This document shows positions 55,878 through 64,000 of a DNA stretch of 64,000 nucleotides, one piece after another; position 1 is the first letter of the stretch, and each line of letters opens with the position of its first letter. The stretch comes from Candidatus Amphrikana amoebophyrae. GTDB taxonomy: Bacteria; Chlamydiota; Chlamydiia; Chlamydiales; JACRBE01. The stretch covers positions 3,024 to 67,023 of the forward strand of contig JAUHQG010000027.1 of NCBI GenBank assembly GCA_030408475.1, given 5' to 3'. The notes under the pieces are model-generated. The model was not told the origin of the DNA and did not search any database. It worked only from the letters and a program-made list of their open reading frames with translations. Both the position numbers and the translations under genes were made by a program.

Positions 55878-57089
55878 TTGGAAAATACACATAAAACGAC
55901 TATTGGTCACACTATTGGAGCGATTGCCTTGGTGGCAGGAACTTGCGTTGGTGGGGGCATGTTGGCGCTTCCTGTTGATACCGGAGCTATTGGTTTTTAT
56001 CCTTCATTACTCTCGCTTTTTATTGCTTGGATTTTCATGACTATCACTGGATTATTTCTTGTAGAGTCTAGTTTATGGCTTGAGCGTGATGCTCATTTTA
56101 TGACCCTTTCCTCTAGATTGCTTGGAAAGGTTGGAAAGTACATTTGTGTTTTCTTTTTCTTGTTTATGGGATATGGGTCGCTAATTGCGTATGCTTCAGG
56201 TGGTTCAATATTGTTGGTCTCTTTTTGCGACTCAGTTTTTGGCCTTACTGTTTCAAGAGTTGAGGCTTGCGCCATATTTTCTGCTATTTTGGGTTTGGTT
56301 ATATACTTTGGTACGCAGTTAATTGGAAAGATCAATACTATTTTGGTAGTTGGTATGATTATCTCTTATTTTGCTATTGTCGGTGGGGGGCTAGCAGAAG
56401 TTAAGGGTGTTATGTTGACTCGAGCAAATTACACCGGTATGGCTCTTGTATTCCCTTTAATGCTTGCTACATTTAGCTATCAAATGATTGTACCGAGTTT
56501 AACTTTTTATTTAAATCGTGATCCTAGGGCATTGAAAAAGGCTATTGTGATAGGAACCTCACTTCCATTTATTGCCTATGCAATATGGGAGTTAATCGTG
56601 TTAGGAACTGTTCCTTATGAAGGAGCTATGGGGCTTAAGCACGCTTTTACTCAAGGGTTTTCAGCAACAGAACCTCTAAAGCATTATGTTTCAATGGGGT
56701 GGCTTTCAGTTGTAGCTGAAATGTTTGCTTTCTTTGCTATTGTAACTTCTTTTTTAGGTATTGGTCTTGGTCTTTTTGATTTCTTGTCTGATTTGACTAA
56801 AATCAAAAAGAAAGGATGGGGGAAATTAGCCTTAATATTGCTAGCCATCATCCCAACTATTTTCTTTGCAATTCTTTTTCCCAATGCATTTATGACAGCT
56901 TTAGAGATTAGTGGTGGCTTTGGAGATGCTATTTTATCTATTATCCTTCCAGTTTTATTCATCTGGATTGGGAGATATTATAAGCGATATGAGAGCGTCT
57001 ATATTGTTGGTGGTGGAAGATTTGCCTTAAGTGTGACTGCTTTATTTGCTGTATTTGTATTATCTATTCAAATTTACAAGTTAATTTAG
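55878..57089 (+). CDS. tyrP: Aromatic amino acid permease, HAAAP family (second TyrP-like paralogue)
   Basis: 403 aa, with GTCVGGGMLALPV matching the GTTIGAGMLGIPL box of 12580..13782 and the same TM layout. TTG start. Confidence 0.85.
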   Translation: MENTHKTTIGHTIGAIALVAGTCVGGGMLALPVDTGAIGFYPSLLSLFIAWIFMTITGLFLVESSLWLERDAHFMTLSSRLLGKVGKYICVFFFLFMGYGSLIAYASGGSILLVSFCDSVFGLTVSRVEACAIFSAILGLVIYFGTQLIGKINTILVVGMIISYFAIVGGGLAEVKGVMLTRANYTGMALVFPLMLATFSYQMIVPSLTFYLNRDPRALKKAIVIGTSLPFIAYAIWELIVLGTVPYEGAMGLKHAFTQGFSATEPLKHYVSMGWLSVVAEMFAFFAIVTSFLGIGLGLFDFLSDLTKIKKKGWGKLALILLAIIPTIFFAILFPNAFMTALEISGGFGDAILSIILPVLFIWIGRYYKRYESVYIVGGGRFALSVTALFAVFVLSIQIYKLI

Positions 57090-57137
57090 AGTTTTTAACT
57101 AAATGCTGTTAATTTATCTTTAAATAGGGGATACTTT

Positions 57138-57316
57138 ATGCAAACAACTGCTTTAGGGAGGGCAGAAGTGCAAGTTAGTATGTCGCAAGTTTTTAGGTGT
57201 TCAGTAAAAAAAACATATCAATTCCTTCAAAAAGTTGATGTTAAAAATTTTACTATTAAATTGTTGGCTTTAGGTGTGCTATCCATTGGTATTAGGCATT
57301 TGTATTCCAGGTTATA
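57138..57316 (+). pseudogene. 5' fragment of a GNAT-like gene interrupted by the IS630 element
   Basis: The ORF reads into the IS left end (...GIRHLYSRLY|) and terminates inside the inverted repeat. Removing the IS and one TA joins it in frame to 58241..58790. Confidence 0.6.
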
Positions 57317-57339
57317 TAGTGATTTAAATTTTATTTTTC
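57317..57339. repeat. IS630 left terminal inverted repeat
   Basis: tagtgatttaaattttatttttc is the exact reverse complement of 58216..58238. Confidence 0.9.
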
Positions 57340-58190
57340 CTCTTTACATACGTTGACAAATACATGATCAATTGCTTCTGACAGCTTAGAAAACCCCTTA
57401 ATACAATCCCTTACCATCTTCTTGAAATTCGCCCAAAACTTCTCTATCGGGTTTAGATCTGGCGAATAAGGCGGTAGGAAAAGAAGCTTGCACCCCACAC
57501 TTTCTATGAGAAGTCGACTTTTTTCTGACTTATGAAAAGAGGCATTGTCCATAATCACAACCTGTCCTTGTTCGAGCTCAGGTAACAAAATTCTCTCAAT
57601 CCAAGTGTTGAATAAATCTGTATTGCAAGTTCCCTGATAACAAAAAGGGGCAATAATTTTAGATTGCACCTTCCCTGCAATAAAACTTTCTCTAGAAAAA
57701 CGCATACCAGAGGATTCTCCTTTAACACATTCTCCATAAAAACCTCTTCCTCGATCCCTATGCAAGTACTCATTGATCCCGCTTTCATCAATATAGACTC
57801 TTAAATGTTCGGGGATTTTTGCTATTTCTTGGTTGAATTCTTCTCTTCTTTTCTCATCTCTTTCTTTGTAGAGGAGTGTCTTTTTTTTAAGGTGATTTTA
57901 AGCCTCTTACAGGCATAAAAAATAGCTTGTGCTGTTGTTTTAAAGTGTTCACTAATCTCATGAAGGTAAGCATCTGAATTTTTTTGAATGTATTCTATAA
58001 GAACATGATCTTTAAATTTGTACGATCCCTTTTTGCGCTTTTTCGGAGCTAAATTACCTTCATTTTCTTTTTTCTCCCAGTTGGTAAGAGAACGAGTGGT
58101 CACCCCAAAAGTGAGGGCTGTTGCTTTTTTAGAGTTACCTTTTTTGAGATACTCTAAGGCTTTTTTTCTTAAATCGAGTGAGTAAGTCAT
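57331..58190 (-). CDS. IS630-family transposase, encoded in two frames (orfA 58190..57822; orfB frame continues to 57331) joined by a -1 shift at an A8 run
   Basis: orfA has an HTH-like N-terminus (SLDLRKKALEYLKKGNSKKATALTFGVTTRSLTNW). A -1 shift at the coding-strand A8 run (plus-strand T8, 57881..57888) reads KTLLYKERDEKRREEFNQEIAKIPEHLRVYIDESGINEY...IMDNASFHK...PPYSPDLNPIEKFW. Confidence 0.85.
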
Positions 58191-58215
58191 GTAACAACTT
58201 ATACACGAATTAAGA

Positions 58216-58238
58216 GAAAAATAAAATTTAAATCACTA
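58216..58238. repeat. IS630 right terminal inverted repeat
   Basis: gaaaaataaaatttaaatcacta is the exact reverse complement of 57317..57339. Confidence 0.9.
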
Positions 58239-58240
58239 TA

Positions 58241-58790
58241 TATAACTGCTCTTGGTACTTCTGAAAAAAATGGTCTGTATACAATCACCAAATTAGATCG
58301 ACGAAACTGGGATAAAGAGGTGTTTAATGTTGTAAAAGTTTGGCGGGCTCAATTAACCGAAATGACAACTGGTTTAGACGATAGTCAATACCCCATTTTC
58401 CTTAGCAGGGCAGCTTCTGCTCAAAAAATATATGCTGATTTACTTGAGAAACTCAATGAGAAGAGGAACATTGAAGTATTGATGTGTTTCAGGAGTTCCG
58501 AGACACCGGTAGCGATAGCAGTTACTCAGCCTAAAGACCAAAAAAATTGTGCGTGGCTTTGGTTATTGTGTGTTCGTCCTAATTTAATCAAGGGTGAGAA
58601 AGAGTTTAATGATAGGCCGAGAGGGGTTGGGACTTTTGTTCTTAATTATCTCAAAGAAACAGTAAAAAGCTTTGAGCTTGGTGCTGATATGTCAGCTGTT
58701 GGTTTTTATAAAAAAAATGGTCTTAGAGTTATAAGTTCTGGATTTTCTCATGATAGGTCGATTTTCATACAGATGAAGTGGGGTCTCTAA
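58241..58790 (+). pseudogene. 3' portion of the IS-interrupted GNAT-like gene (the track ORF starts at GTG 58320)
   Basis: The frame is open from the IS boundary (ITALGTSEKNGLYTITKLDRRNWDKEVFNVVKVW...). This pre-GTG stretch aligns with the paralogue at 59369..60037 (EVGEFTVVTGEVERWGSRVFQVAAAW...). It carries the GNAT-like boxes RPRGVG and AVGFYKKNGL. Confidence 0.6.
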
Positions 58791-58809
58791 TTGTCTCTAA
58801 TATCTGGTG

Positions 58810-59223
58810 TTATTTCGAATTGACAAGCTGGTTTAGTGCTTGTTTCTTCATAAGTAGGTGTAAACTTTTTAATCCGTTTATTCTAGTCAAAGAAATACTT
58901 GAAAGTATGCCGAGTTCTTCTAAGAAGGTTGGAGGTTCTTTTAAGATATATTCTGGCGATTTACCGCTATAAGCTATAAGCATGATTTTCATAAGTCCAC
59001 TTGAGATTAGGGCGTCTGAAGAGCCAAAAAAGTAGACTAAGTCATCGCTTATTTCACTATATAGATAAGAGGTGCTTTGGCACCCTTGAACTCGATTTTC
59101 TTCAATTTGATATTGAGGGTCGATGTCATGCATTGATTTGCCAAGATCTATAATTTTAGAGTAGATATCTTGCTCAGTTAAGCAGTTTTTAAAAAATAAA
59201 CTAATGTTTTCTATGTTATTCAT
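58810..59223 (-). CDS. sufE: SufE/CsdE-like cysteine desulfuration (sulfur acceptor) protein
   Basis: 137 aa with an ENRVQGCQSTSYLY active-site Cys loop characteristic of SufE. Confidence 0.75.
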   Translation of the reverse strand: MNNIENISLFFKNCLTEQDIYSKIIDLGKSMHDIDPQYQIEENRVQGCQSTSYLYSEISDDLVYFFGSSDALISSGLMKIMLIAYSGKSPEYILKEPPTFLEELGILSSISLTRINGLKSLHLLMKKQALNQLVNSK

Positions 59224-59368
59224 GTCACTACTATATCAAGCTCGGGCATTTGAAACAACCACGCTTTCAAATTCAAGATGTGTCTAAAGCCTGGGTTTCA
59301 ATTGTGATAAAGTTGATTATGTGATAAGCTATTATTTGTTTAACTGGGGTTTAACTTGGGAGAGGTTA

Positions 59369-60037
59369 ATGTTAAGAAGTCTTGATTTAGGTGTGCCAAA
59401 ATTTTGTTTACCATCTATTAAAGAAGGATCAGAGTATAAAGAATTTGCTTCTGATCAGGGGGGAGAAGTTGGTGAATTCACTGTGGTAACTGGAGAGGTT
59501 GAACGCTGGGGTTCAAGGGTTTTTCAGGTGGCAGCGGCATGGAAACAGGTGTTTTTTAATGTCTTAGGTTCACTAGAAGGATTGGCATTAAGTGGAGATT
59601 TGCTGAGTCGAGTGAAATCTGCTTATGATATTTGTGAGGTGTTTTCTGATAAAGCGGGAAAGGTTTTAGAGTCAACAGTTTTAGTAAGTTTAGATAAGAG
59701 GCTAGAGCCAAAGGCTATTGCGGTTTTGCAGAATATAGAAGGTTCTTCAAATCCTTGGCTTTGGTTTCTATGTACGAGTCCGTCCAATTTACTACCTTCC
59801 CATCTTTCAAGAGAAGAAAGGGTGCGTGGAGCAGGAAGTAGTATTATAAAATTTATTGCAACAAATATGCTTGAAGAGGGCGCAAAACTAAGACTTGGTG
59901 CAGATCCAAGTGCACTTGGCTTTTATAAAAAATGTTTTTTTAAATCTGAAAGGGAGTATATAAATTCCGAAGGGCAACAGAGGGTTGAAATGAGCCTAAC
60001 TAGTACTGTTGCACAACGTTTTTTTAAGGGTAAGTAA
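59369..60037 (+). CDS. Divergent GNAT-like protein, intact paralogue of the IS-disrupted gene
   Basis: The ATG at 59369 follows GGGAGAGG. It has PWLWFLCTSPSNLL, RVRGAG (R-x-x-G-x-G, acetyl-CoA motif A-like) and LGADPSALGFYKKCFF (motif B-like). These match WLWLLCVRPNLI, RPRGVG and LGADMSAVGFYKKNGL in 58241..58790. Confidence 0.5.
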   Translation: MLRSLDLGVPKFCLPSIKEGSEYKEFASDQGGEVGEFTVVTGEVERWGSRVFQVAAAWKQVFFNVLGSLEGLALSGDLLSRVKSAYDICEVFSDKAGKVLESTVLVSLDKRLEPKAIAVLQNIEGSSNPWLWFLCTSPSNLLPSHLSREERVRGAGSSIIKFIATNMLEEGAKLRLGADPSALGFYKKCFFKSEREYINSEGQQRVEMSLTSTVAQRFFKGK

Positions 60038-60143
60038 GATTTTTTTTCGTAAAGCTTGAATAAAAGTAGCCAAGAAGCTAACATAGACGTACCTTGAGTA
60101 AAATTAAGTCTACTAAATTCTGAGTTAACAACCAAAAGTTACA

Positions 60144-60365
60144 ATGTCAAAAAAAGAAGATACGATAAAAATTGATGGAACTGTTGAAGAGCTTCTCCCA
60201 AACATGACGTTTAGGGTTGCTTTAGAAAACGGTATGAATGTGATGGCCCACCTTTGTGGTAAAATGCGTATGAAAAATATTCGTGTTCTCGTTGGTGATA
60301 CTGTAACTGTAGAGATCTCTCCGTATGATTTGAGTAAAGCCCGAATCATATATAGACAGAGATAA
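60144..60365 (+). CDS. infA: Translation initiation factor IF-1
   Basis: 73-aa S1-like protein, [30 protein letters not shown]...[21 protein letters not shown]. Confidence 0.95.
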   Translation: MSKKEDTIKIDGTVEELLPNMTFRVALENGMNVMAHLCGKMRMKNIRVLVGDTVTVEISPYDLSKARIIYRQR

Positions 60366-60443
60366 AATTAAGAAATGCAAGAGATTTTCTTGCGTTTTTT
60401 TTGTTTTAGAGCTAAGCTTGCACCGATTATGCTTAGCATTGTT

Positions 60444-60515
60444 GCCCAGATAGCTCAGCGGTAGAGCACTTGCATGGTAAGCAAGCGGTCGGAGGTTCAA
60501 TTCCTCTTTTGGGCA
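60444..60515 (+). tRNA. tRNA-Thr (GGU)
   Basis: Hand-folded: acceptor GCCCAGA/TTTGGGC, D arm GCTC-AGCGGTA-GAGC, anticodon arm CTTGC-ATGGTAA-GCAAG, T arm GGAGG-TTCAATT-CCTCT. It sits in the conserved position upstream of tuf. Confidence 0.9.
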
Positions 60516-60568
60516 AAAAGACTTATAAAAAAATATTATGAAGTAGCCACGGTCCGGAGGATTTTAGA

Positions 60569-61753
60569 ATGGCAAAAGAAACATTCAAAAGAAATAAGCC
60601 ACACATTAATGTGGGAACCATTGGTCACGTTGACCATGGTAAAACAACTCTTACTGCTGCGATTACTAAGTTTCTCGCTGAAAAGGGTGGAGCTGATTTT
60701 AGAGATTACGCAACAATTGATAACTCTCCTGAAGAAAAGGCGAGAGGAATTACTATTAACGCATCTCACGTGGAATACGAAACAGAAGACAGGCACTATG
60801 CTCACGTTGACTGTCCAGGTCACGCTGACTACGTTAAAAACATGATTACTGGTGCGGCTCAAATGGACGGAGCTATTCTTGTAGTTGCTGCGACAGACGG
60901 ACCTATGCCACAAACTAAAGAACACGTTTTACTTGCTAAGCAAGTTGGTGTTCCTGCTATTGTTGTTTTTCTTAACAAAATGGACCAAATTGGTGCAGGC
61001 GACGAAGAACTTGTTGACTTAGTTGAGATGGAAATCACTGAACTTTTAGAGTTTCAAGGATACGAGAGTCCAGCAATCATTAGAGGCTCAGCTTTAAAGG
61101 CGCTTGAGGGTGATCCAAAATATTTAGAAGCAATGGAAGAGCTTGTTAAAGCAATTGACGATAGAATACCTACTCCAGAGCGTGAAGTGGACAAACCATT
61201 TTTGATGCCGGTTGAGGACGTGTTCTCTATTCCTGGTCGTGGTACTGTTGCCACAGGCCGTGTTGAGAAAGGTCTTGTTAAAATGAATGATAAGATTCAA
61301 ATTGTTGGTCTAAAAGAAACTCGTGATACTGTTGCTACAGGTCTTGAGATGTTCAACAAAATTCTTGATGAAGCTAGAGCTGGTGAGAACGTTGGTGTTC
61401 TCTTAAGAGGAGTTGATAAGAATTCTATTGAGCGCGGAATGGTTTTGGCTGCTCCTGGTTCTTGCAAACCTCACACAAAGTTTAAAGGAACAGTTTATGT
61501 TCTTAAGAAAGAAGAGGGTGGACGTCATAAGCCATTCTTTACCGGTTATAGACCGCAATTTTTCTTTAGAACAACTGATGTAACTGGTACAGTTTCACTT
61601 CCTGCAGGCACTGAAATGGTTATGCCAGGCGATAATGTTGAGTTTGATGCCGAGCTAATTTGCCCAGTAGCTATGGAAGAAGGAATGCGTTTTGCTATCC
61701 GTGAGGGTGGTAGAACTATTGGAGCAGGTACTGTTACAAAGATTGTTCAGTAG
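60569..61753 (+). CDS. tuf: Elongation factor Tu
   Basis: 394 aa with the [18 protein letters not shown] and NKMD GTPase boxes. It is very close to chlamydial EF-Tu throughout. Confidence 0.98.
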   Translation: MAKETFKRNKPHINVGTIGHVDHGKTTLTAAITKFLAEKGGADFRDYATIDNSPEEKARGITINASHVEYETEDRHYAHVDCPGHADYVKNMITGAAQMDGAILVVAATDGPMPQTKEHVLLAKQVGVPAIVVFLNKMDQIGAGDEELVDLVEMEITELLEFQGYESPAIIRGSALKALEGDPKYLEAMEELVKAIDDRIPTPEREVDKPFLMPVEDVFSIPGRGTVATGRVEKGLVKMNDKIQIVGLKETRDTVATGLEMFNKILDEARAGENVGVLLRGVDKNSIERGMVLAAPGSCKPHTKFKGTVYVLKKEEGGRHKPFFTGYRPQFFFRTTDVTGTVSLPAGTEMVMPGDNVEFDAELICPVAMEEGMRFAIREGGRTIGAGTVTKIVQ

Positions 61754-61766
61754 TAATTAATTTAGC

Positions 61767-61790
61767 AAGCTCTTTCATATGAAAGAGCTT
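61767..61790 (+). terminator. Perfect 24-nt palindrome (12-bp arms) between tuf and tRNA-Trp; possible attenuating terminator or processing hairpin
   Basis: AAGCTCTTTCAT|ATGAAAGAGCTT lies 14 nt after the tuf stop and is followed only by a short TTT, 6 nt before the tRNA. Confidence 0.35.
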
Positions 61791-61796
61791 AGCTTT

Positions 61797-61869
61797 GGGT
61801 GTGTAGCTCAGTTGGTAGAGCATCGATCTCCAAAGTCGACGGTCGGGGGTTCAAGTCCCTCCGCACTCG
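61797..61869 (+). tRNA. tRNA-Trp (CCA)
   Basis: Hand-folded: acceptor GGGTGTG/CGCACTC (two G-U pairs), D arm GCTC-AGTTGGTA-GAGC, anticodon arm TCGAT-CTCCAAA-GTCGA, T arm GGGGG-TTCAAGT-CCCTC. It sits in the conserved position before secE. Confidence 0.9.
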
Positions 61870-61898
61870 CAAATAAACATTTTAATTTGAGGCGAAAA

Positions 61899-62147
61899 GT
61901 GGCTCAAAGAATTACACCTATGAATCATGTAAAAGCAAACTCTAGAAAGTCTGGTCCCAATTTTGTTTCTGGTATTAAAGAAGAAATGAAGAAAGTTACT
62001 TGGACTGAAAAAAAAGAATTACAACATTGCACCAAAATGGTCCTTGGAACTACATTTTTTTTCGGTTTAGGTATTTATATTGTGGATCTAATGATCAAAG
62101 GTGTGTTAGACTCTCTAGGAATTGTTGGTAAATGGATAGCACAGTAA
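61899..62147 (+). CDS. secE: Preprotein translocase subunit SecE
   Basis: The track ORF is trimmed because its 5' part covers tRNA-Trp. The GTG at 61899 follows GAGG (alternative ATG at 61920). It has EMKKVTWTEKKEL followed by a single TM helix. Confidence 0.85.
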   Translation: MAQRITPMNHVKANSRKSGPNFVSGIKEEMKKVTWTEKKELQHCTKMVLGTTFFFGLGIYIVDLMIKGVLDSLGIVGKWIAQ

Positions 62148-62161
62148 TAAAAGGGGCAACA

Positions 62162-62713
62162 ATGTCGGGCAATTGGTTTGTCGTTCAAGTATTATCTGGT
62201 CATGAAAAGAAAGTGAGAAGATCACTTCTTGAAAACCGGACCGCAGCAGGTATGGATGAGCTCATAGAAGAGGTTGTCGTTCCTACTGAGAATGTAGCTG
62301 AGTTAAAGAAGGGCGAACAGAAAGTTTCTGAAAAACGCCTTTGGCCAGGATATATGATGGTCAAAATGACTTTAACAGATGACTCTTGGATGTATGTAAA
62401 AAACAGTAACGGTGTTATTGACTTCTTAGGTGGCGGTAAGCCTCAACCTCTTTCTCATAGAGAAGTGGAAGAGATTCTCGACGATCTAGAAGGTAAGAAA
62501 GATACTGTTGTACAAAAGCATGACTTTGTTAAAGGCGATAAAATCAAAATTGTTGATGGCGTTTTTGTCAATTTTGTTGGTATTGTTACGGACGTTTTCC
62601 ACGACAAAGGGCGTTTGAGTGCAAATGTAATGATTTTTGGACGAGAGACTCGCGTAGATGACCTCGAATTTTGGCAAGTTGAAAAACTAGCTGCAGACGC
62701 TGATTTAAATTAA
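62162..62713 (+). CDS. nusG: Transcription termination/antitermination factor NusG
   Basis: The ATG at 62162 follows AAAGGGG. It has the NGN start WFVVQVLSGHEKKV and the KOW motif GDKIKIVDGVFVNFVGIVTDV. Confidence 0.93.
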   Translation: MSGNWFVVQVLSGHEKKVRRSLLENRTAAGMDELIEEVVVPTENVAELKKGEQKVSEKRLWPGYMMVKMTLTDDSWMYVKNSNGVIDFLGGGKPQPLSHREVEEILDDLEGKKDTVVQKHDFVKGDKIKIVDGVFVNFVGIVTDVFHDKGRLSANVMIFGRETRVDDLEFWQVEKLAADADLN

Positions 62714-62736
62714 TGATAGATAAAAGGTAAGTTTCG

Positions 62737-63165
62737 ATGGCTAAGAAAAAGCTCATAAAAACGATTAAACTCCAGATTCCAGCAGGTAAGGCTAACCCAG
62801 CCCCACCTATTGGACCCGCACTAGGTGCTGCGCAAGTACCTATTATGCCATTTTGTAAGGAATTCAATGCGAAGACTCAAGATAGAGCTGGTGATATTCT
62901 TCCAGTTGTTATCTCTGTTTACTCAGATAGAAGCTTCGATTTTATTACTAAGCAACCTCCAATTGCTAGACTTATATTAAAGGCTGCTGGTCTTTCAAAG
63001 GGCTCAGGCGTTCCAAATCGCGATAAAGTTGGTAAAATCACTCTAGAGCAAGTGATGCAAATCGTTAATCAAAAAAGACCAGATCTTAGAATTCGTTCTG
63101 ACGATGCAGCTGTTGAGCTCGTTAAAGGTACAGCTAGATCAATGGGAGTGGAGGTTGAAGGCTAA
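62737..63165 (+). CDS. rplK: 50S ribosomal protein L11
   Basis: [20 protein letters not shown] signature, 142 aa. Confidence 0.97.
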   Translation: MAKKKLIKTIKLQIPAGKANPAPPIGPALGAAQVPIMPFCKEFNAKTQDRAGDILPVVISVYSDRSFDFITKQPPIARLILKAAGLSKGSGVPNRDKVGKITLEQVMQIVNQKRPDLRIRSDDAAVELVKGTARSMGVEVEG

Positions 63166-63863
63166 TGACAAAACATAGCAGAAGATTTAAAAAAGTATTA
63201 AACGAAGTTGATGTAGAAAAGACTTATACTCTTGAAGAAGCAGCTCAAATTTTGAAATCAGTGCCTTCGGTGAAATTTGACCAATCAGTTGATATATCAG
63301 CTAAATTGTCGGTTGATCCTAGAAAAGCTGAGCAGCAAGTTCGTGGAACTGTTTCTCTTCCTAAGGGAACTGGTAAAAAGATCGTTTTAATTGTTTTCGC
63401 TCAAGGTGATTTAGTTAAAGAGGCTGAAGAAGCAGGTGCTGATTATGTAGGTTCTCAAGATCTTTTTGATAAAGTTAAAGGTGGTTGGACTGACTTTGAT
63501 GTTGTTTTAGCTTCACCGGATATGATGAGAGAAGTTGGTAAACTTGGTAAAGTTTTAGGACCAAGAGGTTTAATGCCATCTCCTAAAGCAGGTACAGTAA
63601 CTCGTGATATCGCTACAGCTGTTAAAGAAATTAAAGCTGGTAAAATTGAATATAAAGTAGATAAAGCTGCAGTAATCAATAATCAAATCGGAAAATTATC
63701 ATTTTCTGCTGAAGATATCGTTGAAAATGCAAATACTTTAATTTCAGCTATTATTAAAGCAAAGCCATCAGCTGCAAAAGGACAATATATTCAGTCATTA
63801 TTTTTGACTTCGACTATGGGTCCTGGAATGCGAATTGATTTGCAAACACTTACAACAAATTAA
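63165..63863 (+). CDS. rplA: 50S ribosomal protein L1
   Basis: 232 aa with the VRGTVSLPKGTGK and LGPRGLMPSPKAGTV signatures. Its start overlaps the rplK stop (TAATG). Confidence 0.97.
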   Translation: MTKHSRRFKKVLNEVDVEKTYTLEEAAQILKSVPSVKFDQSVDISAKLSVDPRKAEQQVRGTVSLPKGTGKKIVLIVFAQGDLVKEAEEAGADYVGSQDLFDKVKGGWTDFDVVLASPDMMREVGKLGKVLGPRGLMPSPKAGTVTRDIATAVKEIKAGKIEYKVDKAAVINNQIGKLSFSAEDIVENANTLISAIIKAKPSAAKGQYIQSLFLTSTMGPGMRIDLQTLTTN

Positions 63864-63878
63864 GGCGAGCAATATCCA

Positions 63879-64000
63879 ATGAGACAAGAAAAGCAATTCC
63901 TACTCGATTCCATTACTGATGCTATCAATAACTCAAAGGCATTTGTCATCACTAGCTACGAAAAAATCGATGCTAATGCAACTGCTGACTTCAGAAGCGA
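63879..64000 (+). CDS. rplJ: 50S ribosomal protein L10, N-terminal 40 aa (runs off the window)
   Basis: The ATG at 63879 opens MRQEKQFLLDSITDAINNSKAFVITSYEKIDANATADFRS, an L10-like N-terminus in the expected rplKAJ order. Confidence 0.75.
   Translation, partial: MRQEKQFLLDSITDAINNSKAFVITSYEKIDANATADFRS

Larger units (their letters stand above)
57317..58238 (-). mobile_element. IS630/Tc1-mariner-family insertion sequence, 922 bp, flanked by a TA duplication
   Basis: 23-bp perfect terminal inverted repeats (TAGTGATTTAAATTTTATTTTTC), with TA at 57315-16 and 58239-40. The internal two-frame transposase carries a DD35E triad (YIDESG, VIMDNASFHK, DLNPIE). Confidence 0.9.

Noticed and set aside
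57555-57791. 78-aa ORF inside the IS element
   Set aside because: It lies in the third frame relative to the transposase, and its translation has no transposase-like sequence. The DDE domain is in the 57331..57765 frame.
61779-61898. 5' extension of the secE ORF (MKELSFGCVAQLVEHRSPKSTVGGSSP...)
   Set aside because: This part of the ORF is a translation of tRNA-Trp and the tuf-distal hairpin. The real secE start is GTG 61899 or ATG 61920.
1-64000. rRNA operons, CRISPR-cas, prophage or known defence-system genes
   Set aside because: I recognised none on either strand. The only mobile DNA I can support is the single IS630 copy.

Overview
This is a 64-kb chromosomal segment from a low-GC, chlamydia-like bacterium. 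I infer phylum Chlamydiota from four things: a very Chlamydia-like EF-Tu, a long 620-aa LepB near a eukaryote-type IleRS, duplicated TyrP/HAAAP permeases with Inc-like bilobed membrane proteins, and the infA-tRNA-Thr-tuf-tRNA-Trp-secE-nusG-rplK-rplA-rplJ block at the right end. I can support about 55 protein genes, 3 tRNAs and one IS630-family insertion sequence. There is no rRNA, CRISPR array or recognisable prophage.

Housekeeping and metabolic genes:
- ileS (partial), lepB, pncB-pncA (NAD salvage) and two tyrP paralogues.
- A TolC/EmrA/EmrB-type efflux operon and two tandem MFS paralogues.
- A MYG1-like protein, a HIT protein, an M24 peptidase, sufE and the ribosomal/translation block.

Accessory content worth a second look:
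1. A ~12-kb locus (22.5-34.7 kb). A processive GT2 synthase and a TPR/beta-barrel (PgaA-like) exporter are transcribed divergently from a five-gene operon. That operon encodes a histidine kinase whose H-box histidine reads Tyr, a CheY-like receiver, a 1099-aa HPt + 3xREC + degenerate-GGDEF protein with an 18-bp tandem repeat, a HEAT membrane protein and a eukaryote-type UDP-sugar pyrophosphorylase. This is a candidate signal-controlled exopolysaccharide system.
2. Two tandem, clearly paralogous giant proteins (962 and 855 aa) of unknown function with GC-rich Arg/Ala/Pro-rich termini and an internal module duplication.
3. Candidate host-directed enzymes: a membrane-anchored EEP-fold phosphoesterase and a CE-clan (Ulp1/ChlaDub/YopJ-like) protease.
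4. An IS630 element that has split one of two GNAT-like paralogues flanking sufE.

All functional calls rest on motif and architecture recognition by eye. No database search, HMM or structure prediction was possible, and start codons are often uncertain because many ORFs begin with TTG or GTG in the track.
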